Below the pieces are notes generated by a model. That model was not told the origin of the DNA. It was given only the letters and a program-made list of their open reading frames with translations, and searched no databases. A stretch of 64,000 nucleotides of DNA from contig JAHHIM010000003.1 in the NCBI GenBank assembly GCA_019358915.1, forward strand, positions 64,001 to 128,000, read 5' to 3'. Made by a program: the position numbers and the translations under genes. Positions within the stretch are counted from its first letter, which is position 1, and every line of letters starts with the position of its first letter. The stretch is from Trichormus sp. ATA11-4-KO1 (lineage in GTDB: Bacteria > Cyanobacteriota > Cyanobacteriia > Cyanobacteriales > Nostocaceae). Below, piece by piece: positions 41,575 through 50,276 of the stretch.

Positions 41575-43020
41575 CTACTGTTGCGCTTCTGTGGGACGCT
41601 CATTGGGAACAAACTCTCCAGGAGTCGTTTCAATTGCTGGTTTGGTAACTTCAATTCCAGGTACAGGCAAATCGAAATTTGGCCCTCTACGAATAATTCG
41701 ACTACCAAAATAAATGTATGCCACTAGTAACAACATGTAACTGATTGTAAAACCCGTGAGGGATACAAGAACATTACTAGGGGGAAGATGAGAGACAGAA
41801 TCTACAGTGCGAATTTGGCGATAGAGTGTCCACGGCTGTCGCCCAACGCAACGCACAATCCAACCCGTATCGATCGCAATAAATCCTAATGGAGCTGCAA
41901 ACATCCAAGCACGCATCAACCAACGCTGCTGAGTAATATTATCTTGAGAAAGCCTGCCTAGTAACCAATAAATAATGCTGCCAAACATTAATCCGGCTAA
42001 TAAAAAACCAATACCAACCATTATGCGGAAAGAATAGTAAATTAAACCCACAAGGCGGGGACGATCCTCCGGTTTCCATTCCTTCAAACCCAGTACTGGC
42101 TCAGATAACTTTTCTTTAAATTCCAAAATATATCCTAGTGCATTGGGAATGACAAATTCCCAGTCGTTTTTCTCGGCTTTGTTGTTTGGTAATGCCAAAA
42201 GGCTCCAATTGGCAGGCTGTCCACCGGGAATTGTATTCCACTGGGCTTCCATTGCTGCCAGTTTTTCCGGTTGATAATGGTAGACTTGTTCAGCATTCAA
42301 ATGTCCGATATAAATTTGTAGGGGAGCGATCGCGATTACCGCCGCTAGAGCAATCTTGAAAGATTTGGCAAAGAAATCAGGATGACGATTTTTGAGAATA
42401 TACCAGGCACTAATTCCACCTATCACAAATAATGATGTTTCCAGCGTTGCCATAAACATATGGAGAACGCTTTTCACCATGAATGGGTTGACGATCGCCT
42501 GAAAATAATCATGAACCACAAACTTACCATTTACCATTTCTCCGCCTGCTGGTGATTGCATCCAGGAATTCGCTGACAAAATCCAAACCGTGGATAAGTT
42601 AGCACCAATTGCTACCAGAATCGTAGAAAGATAGTGAATTCTCGAATTAACACGCTCCCAACCAAATAACATAATCCCCAGAAATGCGGCTTCTAGCATA
42701 AATGCCCAAGATGCCTCAAACCCAATAACGCTGCCAAAAAAGTTACCAACAGCTTCCGAAAAAGCTGCCCAGTTAGTACCAAACTGAAATTCCATAGGAA
42801 TACCCGTTGCTACACCCACACTGAAGTTGAGGGCATAGAGTTTAGCCCAAAAACGAGCATGATAGTAATATTGAGGATTGCGGGTTTTTAACCATAGTCC
42901 TTCAATCATGACTAAATAAATCCCCACACCTGTTGTCAGTGTAGGCCAAAGCATATGAATAGAAGCCGTCAGCGCAAATTGCATCCGCGACAGTACGACG
43001 GTATTAGATAAAAATTCCAT
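41575..43020 (-). CDS. cydA: Cytochrome bd ubiquinol oxidase subunit I
   Basis: SRMQFA..H, EFQFGTNW, QPEKLAAME, SFRIMVG, GRQPW. Confidence 0.96.
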   Translation of the reverse strand: MEFLSNTVVLSRMQFALTASIHMLWPTLTTGVGIYLVMIEGLWLKTRNPQYYYHARFWAKLYALNFSVGVATGIPMEFQFGTNWAAFSEAVGNFFGSVIGFEASWAFMLEAAFLGIMLFGWERVNSRIHYLSTILVAIGANLSTVWILSANSWMQSPAGGEMVNGKFVVHDYFQAIVNPFMVKSVLHMFMATLETSLFVIGGISAWYILKNRHPDFFAKSFKIALAAVIAIAPLQIYIGHLNAEQVYHYQPEKLAAMEAQWNTIPGGQPANWSLLALPNNKAEKNDWEFVIPNALGYILEFKEKLSEPVLGLKEWKPEDRPRLVGLIYYSFRIMVGIGFLLAGLMFGSIIYWLLGRLSQDNITQQRWLMRAWMFAAPLGFIAIDTGWIVRCVGRQPWTLYRQIRTVDSVSHLPPSNVLVSLTGFTISYMLLLVAYIYFGSRIIRRGPNFDLPVPGIEVTKPAIETTPGEFVPNERPTEAQQ

Positions 43021-43313
43021 GATGATATCTCTATGATGAAGTTAGATCCTATGGCGCTACTCAGATCCACATGATTAAGCTGAGGCGATCGCATCTTCAT
43101 CTATCATCAGACTCATTGCCAAATTGTTATGCTATCTGCTGCTGTGCCTGTTTTGTCGATAAACTCTTATGCAGATGTGCTTTTTATGGTACACCTTAGC
43201 TCGACTTTATCCATTGTGGCTTATCTGCTTAATGTATAACCGCATACTTGATATATGGTTCCAGAAAATTAGGAGTTACGTAGACTCCTTGCGTTGGTCT
43301 GAGGGAAACAAAT

Positions 43314-44300
43314 ATGAAGAATCTAAAAAAAATTCTTTGGATTTTACCTACAAGTGCCGTATTGGTAGGGCTGTATTCTAGCAAAGTAATTGCAGATAAC
43401 AATATTTCGCCTCCTGTTACACAAAATGGCGTGACTTCTTTTATTTCATGTCTAACTGAACCAGGTGGCTATTATGTTGGGTCTTGGACTGTACGGCATG
43501 ACCCAACGAGTGACAAAATAACTTACGTTGATATTGTTGAGTACTTTCAAGGAGGCGTTTATCAAACATTTTCATATTTGGTTAATCCACCACTAACAGT
43601 AGTAAAAAACGTAGAAAACCTTGTGCAACAAGCAATGAGCAAATATGAACAAGACAACTATCAAGGGGCATTGAGCGATTACAATCAAATTATCCAGCTT
43701 GAGCCAAACAATGAATGGCATTACTTCAATCGTGGTCAAATTCGGCGATTAATGAAAGACAAGAAAGGAGCAGCAGAAGATTTTCAAGAAGCGATAAAGC
43801 TTAATCCAACAGAGGCATCAGCATACAACATGCTAGGTATCACTCTTCAAGAACTGGGAAAAATAGAAGAAGGTGTTGAAATTTTTACTCAAGGTATAAG
43901 AACAGTTCCTGAACTAAATAAAAAAGAAAGAAAATCTCTTTATGCCAACCGAGCAAGCGCATATATGCGTTTAAACAACTGGCAAGCAGCTCTAGAAAAC
44001 CTTCATAAAGTAATCGAACTTGACCCAAGTGCTGCCCATTATTACACAAGCAGGGGAAAAGTACGCGGAAAATTAGGCGATATGCAAGGAGCAGAAGCTG
44101 ATTTAAGTGAAGCAGACCGAATGAAGCCAGATAATAGCTCTCTGCAATTATCAATAGGCACTATATATGAAGAGATGGGAATGAAGAAAAAAGCAATAGA
44201 GCATTATCAAAAAGCGACTCAAATTGCTACAAAAGAAGGTGACACACGAATGCAACAGTTGATACAGGAAGCGTTGCAAAGCGCGTATCTGGGACTTTAG
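43314..44300 (+). CDS. Secreted TPR-repeat protein
   Basis: Signal peptide, a unique domain of about 70 aa, then about 6 TPRs. Confidence 0.85.
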   Translation: MKNLKKILWILPTSAVLVGLYSSKVIADNNISPPVTQNGVTSFISCLTEPGGYYVGSWTVRHDPTSDKITYVDIVEYFQGGVYQTFSYLVNPPLTVVKNVENLVQQAMSKYEQDNYQGALSDYNQIIQLEPNNEWHYFNRGQIRRLMKDKKGAAEDFQEAIKLNPTEASAYNMLGITLQELGKIEEGVEIFTQGIRTVPELNKKERKSLYANRASAYMRLNNWQAALENLHKVIELDPSAAHYYTSRGKVRGKLGDMQGAEADLSEADRMKPDNSSLQLSIGTIYEEMGMKKKAIEHYQKATQIATKEGDTRMQQLIQEALQSAYLGL

Positions 44301-44349
44301 TCCTCTTTCTCCTGTGGTCGTCGTTGAGCGCAAAGCACACGCTACCCGT

Positions 44350-44409
44350 ACCCACACCGAAATTGAGGGCATAAAGTTTAGCCCAAAAACGAGCATGATA
44401 GTAATGTTG
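44350..44409 (-). pseudogene. 60-nt relic of a cydA copy
   Basis: 56/60 identical to 42814-42873; reads QHYYHARFWAKLYALNFGVG. Confidence 0.9.
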
Positions 44410-44462
44410 TATACCTTATTTATTTGAAATTTGCTGTATTATGTGATTTGGGCACTAAAGCT

Positions 44463-44588
44463 TCACCGTTGCGCGATCGCCTTTTGATTAATCTGTGAAT
44501 AGCCAGTAACCGCGATCGCCGCACTAACCCCAACAATTCCCATCAAGTGAGTCAACTTTTTAGCCAAGTTTTCATCTGCTAAATTCAT
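44463..44588 (-). pseudogene. 41-aa ORF consisting only of a signal-peptide-like sequence; probable truncated secreted-protein gene
   Basis: MNLADENLAKKLTHLMGIVGVSAAIAVTGYSQINQKAIAQR; starts 13 nt after the coxA stop and ends just after an AIA motif encoded by a HIP1 site. Confidence 0.5.
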
Positions 44589-44601
44589 GTAGTTAACATT
44601 C

Positions 44602-46326
44602 CTATGTAGACGATTTTTGTTCAGAGTTTTGGTTGTCATCGGCATGACTTGCAACGGCTAGATCAGGCTGAGGATTTTCTTGATCTGAGCGGCCGTTCGC
44701 TGCAGATGCACGCACGCCGTAATGGTAAGGGTGTACGGCTAAAACTGGTTGAGTTTTAAAGTTTTCTGGTGGTGGTGGTGAGGTTGTCATCCATTCAAAA
44801 GTCAGACCTTGCCAAGGGTTATCAGGTGCTTTTTTGCCGTATAGCCAGCTATGGCAAACATTAACCAGGAAAGGTAGGGTAGAAATTGCCAGTAAGACTG
44901 CACCGATAGAACAAATAAGATTGAGGTCGGCAAATTTAGGGTCATACACAGCAATTCGCCTTCTCATCCCTTGCATACCCAACTCGTGCATAGGGAAAAA
45001 TGCCAGATTGAAGCCGATATATGTCAGGACAAAGTGAATTTTGCCTAAGGTTTCATCTAACATTCGCCCGGTCATTTTGGGAAACCAATGATAAATGCCG
45101 GCATACAAACCAAAGACACTACCACCAAATAAAACGTAGTGCAGGTGAGCCACAACGAAATAGCTATCATGGACGTGAATGTCGAAGGGAACCGCAGCTG
45201 TCATCACGCCACTAATTCCACCAATGACAAACACGGAAATCAAGCCCATGGCAAATAACATCGCAGTCCGAAAGTGGATTTTGCCCGACCAGAGGGTTCC
45301 TAACCAGCTAAATACTTTAATCCCTGTGGGTACGGCAATAACCATGGTGGTAATCATGAAAAACATTCGCACCCATCCAGGTGTCCCAGTGGTAAACATA
45401 TGGTGCGCCCAGACAATGAGAGATAAACAGGCGATCGCAATACTGGAATAAGCAACGGCTAGATAACCAAAAATTGGCTTGCGGGCGTGAACTGGCAAGA
45501 TTTCTGAGATCATCCCTTGGACTGGGAGAATCATGATATACACAGCCGGGTGTGAATAATACCAGAACATGTGTTGGTAGACTACAGGGTCTCCGCCACC
45601 TGTGGGGTTGTAGAATGTCGTACCCGCCAAAAGGTCAAAAGCCAGTAAAATCAAAGCCGCAGCGAGTACAGGGGTTGCTAGCAGTGTTAAACCAGAAGTT
45701 CCTAACATTGCCCAGCAAAATAAAGGCATTTGATTTAGCCTCATTCCTGGTGTCCGCATTTTGAGAATCGTTACCAGAAAATTTAGCCCTGCCATGATTG
45801 AGGAGGTTCCCAGTAAAATCAGGCTGAAAATCCACATGGCTTCACCGGCTTGACTCATGATCAGACTTAGCGGTGGATAGGATGTCCAACCAGCCTGGGG
45901 TGGATCTACAAAGAAACTCGCTAGAAGCAAAAGGCCAGCTGGCGGGACAAGCCAAAAGGCGATCGCATTCAATCGCGGGAAAGCCATATCACGCGCCCCA
46001 ATTAATAGCGGCACTAAAAAGTTACCAAATCCCCCCGTCCCAGCCGGGATAATCCACAGAAAAATCATCACAGTTCCGTGGAGGGTAAATAAACCGCTAT
46101 AAAATTCAGGACTAACTAAGTCTGACTCTGGTGTTGCTAGTTCACTACGAATTAAAGTTGCCAACGCACCACCAAATAGATAAAAAACAAAACTTGTAAC
46201 TAAGTATTGAATGCCAATAACTTTATGGTCAGTGCTAAAACTAAAATATTCTCGCCAATTTCTCACTGGCAATTCTTCACCATGAGCAGCAATATTAGCA
46301 GTTTCTTGTACTTGTATTTGTGTCAT
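44602..46326 (-). CDS. ctaD: Cytochrome c oxidase subunit I (A2-type), stand-alone paralog
   Basis: DHK.IG, HGTVMIF, DMAFPRLN, YSHPAVY, WAHHMF, PTGIK, VAHLHYV. Confidence 0.96.
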   Translation of the reverse strand: MTQIQVQETANIAAHGEELPVRNWREYFSFSTDHKVIGIQYLVTSFVFYLFGGALATLIRSELATPESDLVSPEFYSGLFTLHGTVMIFLWIIPAGTGGFGNFLVPLLIGARDMAFPRLNAIAFWLVPPAGLLLLASFFVDPPQAGWTSYPPLSLIMSQAGEAMWIFSLILLGTSSIMAGLNFLVTILKMRTPGMRLNQMPLFCWAMLGTSGLTLLATPVLAAALILLAFDLLAGTTFYNPTGGGDPVVYQHMFWYYSHPAVYIMILPVQGMISEILPVHARKPIFGYLAVAYSSIAIACLSLIVWAHHMFTTGTPGWVRMFFMITTMVIAVPTGIKVFSWLGTLWSGKIHFRTAMLFAMGLISVFVIGGISGVMTAAVPFDIHVHDSYFVVAHLHYVLFGGSVFGLYAGIYHWFPKMTGRMLDETLGKIHFVLTYIGFNLAFFPMHELGMQGMRRRIAVYDPKFADLNLICSIGAVLLAISTLPFLVNVCHSWLYGKKAPDNPWQGLTFEWMTTSPPPPENFKTQPVLAVHPYHYGVRASAANGRSDQENPQPDLAVASHADDNQNSEQKSST

Positions 46327-46352
46327 GATCAATAAAAATTAGCTACTAGCAA

Positions 46353-46958
46353 TTACTGATTAGTATCATTGGTATCTTCTACAGCTTGCTGTAAAATCTC
46401 CGTTGGTAAAACACCAACTCGATGAGCATCATCAGGAACTCCGTGAGGATCTAAGACTCCTTGAGGCAAGTACACTAATTCTCGTAGTGGTGTCACCATC
46501 GGATCTTCGGTAACTTTGTAAGGTAGTCTTCCCATTGCCACGTTGTCATGATTCAATTCGTGGCGGTCATAAGTACAAAGATCATATTCCTCAGTAAATG
46601 ACAGACAGTTTGTTGGACAAAATTCCACACAGTTGCCACAGAAAATGCAAACTCCAAAGTCAATACTGTAATGCTTGAGTTCTTTCTTTTTATATTCTTT
46701 ATTAAATTCCCAATCTACCACTGGGAGGTTAATAGGGCAGACTCGAACACAAACTTCGCAAGAAATACATTTATCAAATTCAAAGTGAATTCTCCCTCGG
46801 AAGCGTTCAGAGGGAATCAGTTTTTCGTAAGGATATTGCACAGTAATGGGACGACGACCCATATGGTCGAAAGTCACCGATAATCCTTGTCCAATATAGC
46901 GACCTGCTTGCAAAGTTTGTTTGGCGTAATCACCAACTGGTTTGAGAAACTTAAACAT
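46353..46958 (-). CDS. ndhI: NDH-1 subunit I (2x[4Fe-4S]), stand-alone paralog
   Basis: [32 protein letters not shown]. Confidence 0.96.
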   Translation of the reverse strand: MFKFLKPVGDYAKQTLQAGRYIGQGLSVTFDHMGRRPITVQYPYEKLIPSERFRGRIHFEFDKCISCEVCVRVCPINLPVVDWEFNKEYKKKELKHYSIDFGVCIFCGNCVEFCPTNCLSFTEEYDLCTYDRHELNHDNVAMGRLPYKVTEDPMVTPLRELVYLPQGVLDPHGVPDDAHRVGVLPTEILQQAVEDTNDTNQ

Positions 46959-47443
46959 GAGTAAACTAGTCTCAGCTAAGAACACTACTAATCAGCACGG
47001 TAATAGTTGCTGTTAACAGTAACTTCCGTCAAACGGCAGGCTAAATGTTAAGTTTGAGTGTGAGTCAAAATACAAATTTCTGTTTAAATATTGCCTGTTT
47101 TAGCAAAAAATATTGTAGTAGCGTGACCAGACTAAAATAGAGCAATAAGATTTTCTTGTGGAACAGGCAGCTTGACTGTTCTATAAGAATTATTTTTATG
47201 CATTAAATTAGTCTGATCTCGCCAGTAGTTAAAGCAAATAAGTTATGAATTTATTCAAGAAATAAATGCAATATTTATATCAGCAGAAAATACTACATTT
47301 TAATTAAGCTAAAGATAAAACTCAGCCAAATATTTATTTTGGTAATTAATTCGGAGGTGATAAATACAACTTATGAGTGTAAATTTTATTTTACTTGTTG
47401 ATTTCAGGCGATCGCATAGCTATAGAATTCTTTGATATCAAAG

Positions 47444-47480
47444 AAAAATCTGAGTAACGACAACCGTTACTCAGATTTTT
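47444..47480. terminator. Bidirectional terminator-like hairpin
   Basis: AAAAATCTGAGTAACG-ACAAC-CGTTACTCAGATTTTT, perfect 16-bp inverted repeat. Confidence 0.7.
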
Positions 47481-47578
47481 AGTGTTGTTCTGTGTCTTGA
47501 GTAACTACATCGGCAATTATTGAAATTTCGCCAAATCGATCAATTCAGGCTAAAACAAAATTTTTAGTCACATTTAGG

Positions 47579-47608
47579 TTGACTTAACTTTAATTTATAG
47601 AGTAAGAT
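47579..47608 (+). promoter_or_regulatory. Candidate sigma70-type promoter of rplU-rpmA
   Basis: TTGACT-18 nt-TAAGAT. Confidence 0.5.
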
Positions 47609-47753
47609 TATAGATTGTCTGTCTAATTCCTGCTCGGATCAGGTAGACATATATTACAAAAGCTAGCAACAGCGATTCATTAAAGCAAGATGAATCGCAT
47701 CTCTACAAGAGATAAAAGCCAGCTACCTGTACGGCAACTTCAAGGACAATTCC

Positions 47754-48152
47754 ATGACCTACGCAATTATTGAAACTGGTGGCAAGCAACTCAAAGTTGA
47801 GCCAGGGCGCTTTTACGACATAGAACTGCTGCATATCGAAGCGGACGAAAAAGTTACAATAGATTCAGTATTACTAGTACAGCACGATGGTGAAGTCACC
47901 ATTGGACAGCCTTTAGTAGCAGGGGCGACTGTAGAAGGAACAGTGGTCAGGAATCTTAGAGGTCGCAAAGTCCTGGTATATAAAATGAAGCCGAAAAAGA
48001 AAACCCGCAAAAAACGGGGGCATCGCCAGGAAATTACTAGACTAATGATTAATTCCATCACCCTCAATGGTACGGTGTTCGCAGCAGATGAATCTCTATC
48101 TGCTGAGTCTCCCGTCACTGATGATCTCCCCGTAGAAGCTACTGTTGAATAA
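47754..48152 (+). CDS. rplU: 50S ribosomal protein L21
   Basis: YAIIETGGKQ, KKRGHRQ. Confidence 0.98.
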   Translation: MTYAIIETGGKQLKVEPGRFYDIELLHIEADEKVTIDSVLLVQHDGEVTIGQPLVAGATVEGTVVRNLRGRKVLVYKMKPKKKTRKKRGHRQEITRLMINSITLNGTVFAADESLSAESPVTDDLPVEATVE

Positions 48153-48180
48153 TTAAAGAGAAGAAACAAAAGAGGAAATT

Positions 48181-48462
48181 ATGGCTCATAAGAAAGGAAC
48201 AGGTAGTACACGCAACGGTCGTGACTCTAATGCCCAGCGTCTGGGTGTTAAGCGTTACGGTGGTCAAGCTGTGCGGGCGGGAAACATTCTCGTGCGTCAG
48301 CGTGGCACCAAATTCCATCCTGGTAGCAATGTCGGCATCGGTAGTGATGATACTTTGTTTGCCTTAGTTGATGGTGTGGTAACGTTTGAGAGAAAAGGCA
48401 AAACCCGCAAAAAAATTAGTGTTTATCCAGTTGCTGCCGCAGTTGAAGCAGTGGCTGTTTAA
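48181..48462 (+). CDS. rpmA: 50S ribosomal protein L27
   Basis: [21 protein letters not shown]. Confidence 0.99.
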   Translation: MAHKKGTGSTRNGRDSNAQRLGVKRYGGQAVRAGNILVRQRGTKFHPGSNVGIGSDDTLFALVDGVVTFERKGKTRKKISVYPVAAAVEAVAV

Positions 48463-48532
48463 AGTATGAGGGTGGGTGTTTCCCACCCTGCAACCTACTG
48501 GTAAGAGTAAAATTTGTCACTTTGGCAATTAC

Positions 48533-49000
48533 TTACCATAGCTGCTGTAAAAATCCCATGTGCAGGACTTTACCCAAAGCTAAACCGACTAAGGAAAATA
48601 TAAAAGTAAATAGAAAAGCTTGCCCTTGCGTAAACCCAGCTGTCTGAAAGTCAATTCTCGCTAAGATAGCCGCAGAAACAATGAGCAAGGTATCAAGAAA
48701 TAAGCGAAACCAAGCAAGCATGAGGAAAAATAAGAATGCGCCCACAACAGCAACGGCAAAAGACTTAAGATTTGACCGAAATAGTAAAGTATAGTAATTT
48801 GCCATTGCTGACCAAGGAGTAGTCAAGCTTCCCACTAATAGCAAGATACCAAGCATCAAGACTATCCATACCAACACAGGGGCTTGTGTTTCGGATAAAA
48901 ACCAACCCAATGTACTGTAGCTAAGTAACACAAGTACCAAGGAAATCCAGGGAAGTCTTTTGACAATTGACATGGATTGGTGTGGCCATGAGCGGCTCAA
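48533..49000 (-). CDS. Hypothetical membrane protein
   Basis: 155 aa, 4-5 hydrophobic segments. Confidence 0.7.
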   Translation of the reverse strand: MSRSWPHQSMSIVKRLPWISLVLVLLSYSTLGWFLSETQAPVLVWIVLMLGILLLVGSLTTPWSAMANYYTLLFRSNLKSFAVAVVGAFLFFLMLAWFRLFLDTLLIVSAAILARIDFQTAGFTQGQAFLFTFIFSLVGLALGKVLHMGFLQQLW

Positions 49001-49219
49001 GCTGTTATCTCACAGGTTTTTGGTGCAACCAAAGGCCTTGTTTTACTTTAATTTTTATCTACTCTAAAATATACTGCTGTATATAGATTTTGACTACTAT
49101 GGCTTAGACTATAAGTCTATCATCCTATTTTTTCTAGATTCAATCAATGGGCTGTTATGCTCTGGGCACGAAAGCCAAACTACTTTCCAGAGAATTACAG
49201 CATGAACTAGTTAAATATT

Positions 49220-49237
49220 TTCGTAAATATTTGTAAA
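49220..49237 (-). promoter_or_regulatory. HLR1-like (RpaB) direct repeat upstream of cruFG
   Basis: TTTACAAA-TA-TTTACGAA on the minus strand; one mismatch to KTTACAWW-N2-KTTACAWW. Confidence 0.55.
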
Positions 49238-49285
49238 CTGTTAGCAGCCGAGTAGCCACGTGTCACATCTTGTTAAGGACTTATC

Positions 49286-50194
49286 ATGAAACAACTTGTT
49301 ATCGCCGAACGCGTATGCCTCATTGGTCATATCGTGTCAATGGTGTTTGGTTTAGTAGGCATACTACTAGTTATACCTAACGCCGAAGTAATTTTACACC
49401 TGTCTGAGGTGGGACAGACCGCCATGCAGTGGAGTATGGCTGGTGGTGGTGTAGTTTATATCATCTTGGGTACAGCAGCCGTATTTTTGTATGGTTTGCG
49501 GACGTTGGGTTTGGGTCGCATTTTGGCATTTATGCTGCCCGCAATTTTGATCTCCTTAACTAGTGAATTACTAGGAACCAGTACGGGATTTCCGTTTGGT
49601 CACTACAGCTACCTGAGTGGCTTGGGCTATAAAATTGGTGGTTTAGTACCATTTACAATTCCCTTGTCATGGTTTTACGTGGGATGTGTTTCTTATTTGC
49701 TAGCGCGTGCTGGTTTAGAAGTGGATACAAAGCCTAGTTGGTGGCGTCACATAGGTGCAATCAGTTTAGGTTCTTTGCTGCTAACTTGTTGGGATTTTGT
49801 GCTTGACCCGGCTATGAGCCAAACCTCTCTCCCCTTTTGGTATTGGCAACAACCAGGTGCTTTCTTTGGTATGCCTTATCAAAACTTTGCTGGCTGGTTG
49901 GGTACTGGAGCAGTGTTTATAACTGTGGCAGCCTTGCTATGGAAAAACAATCCTGTTAAATTTGAGCGATCGCAGCTCAATTTACCCTTGGCGGTTTATT
50001 TAAGTAATTTTGGCTTTGCTACAGTTATGAGCTTGGCTGCTGGATTCTCCATTCCTGTATTACTAGGTTTGCTGCTAGGTGTAGCTCCAGCTATGGTGTT
50101 TTGGTTAAAAGGATCAGCTGCATCTGCTCAAGTTAATCCTGAGCCAACAAATAATGAAGTTTCAGTAGCAAGTATCAAAGTTGCTTTGAAATAA
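49286..50194 (+). CDS. cruF: Carotenoid 1'-hydroxylase
   Basis: ELLGTSTGFPFG.YSY, VP.TIPLSW, WDFVLDPAM, GMPYQNF.GW; adjacent to a GT2 gene. Confidence 0.9.
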   Translation: MKQLVIAERVCLIGHIVSMVFGLVGILLVIPNAEVILHLSEVGQTAMQWSMAGGGVVYIILGTAAVFLYGLRTLGLGRILAFMLPAILISLTSELLGTSTGFPFGHYSYLSGLGYKIGGLVPFTIPLSWFYVGCVSYLLARAGLEVDTKPSWWRHIGAISLGSLLLTCWDFVLDPAMSQTSLPFWYWQQPGAFFGMPYQNFAGWLGTGAVFITVAALLWKNNPVKFERSQLNLPLAVYLSNFGFATVMSLAAGFSIPVLLGLLLGVAPAMVFWLKGSAASAQVNPEPTNNEVSVASIKVALK

Positions 50195-50276
50195 TTAGAA
50201 ACTGGGGACTAGGGGGACAAAAAAAGAAATTTTACTTCCCCAATGCCCAATGCCCAATGCTCAATAACATTCCCCA

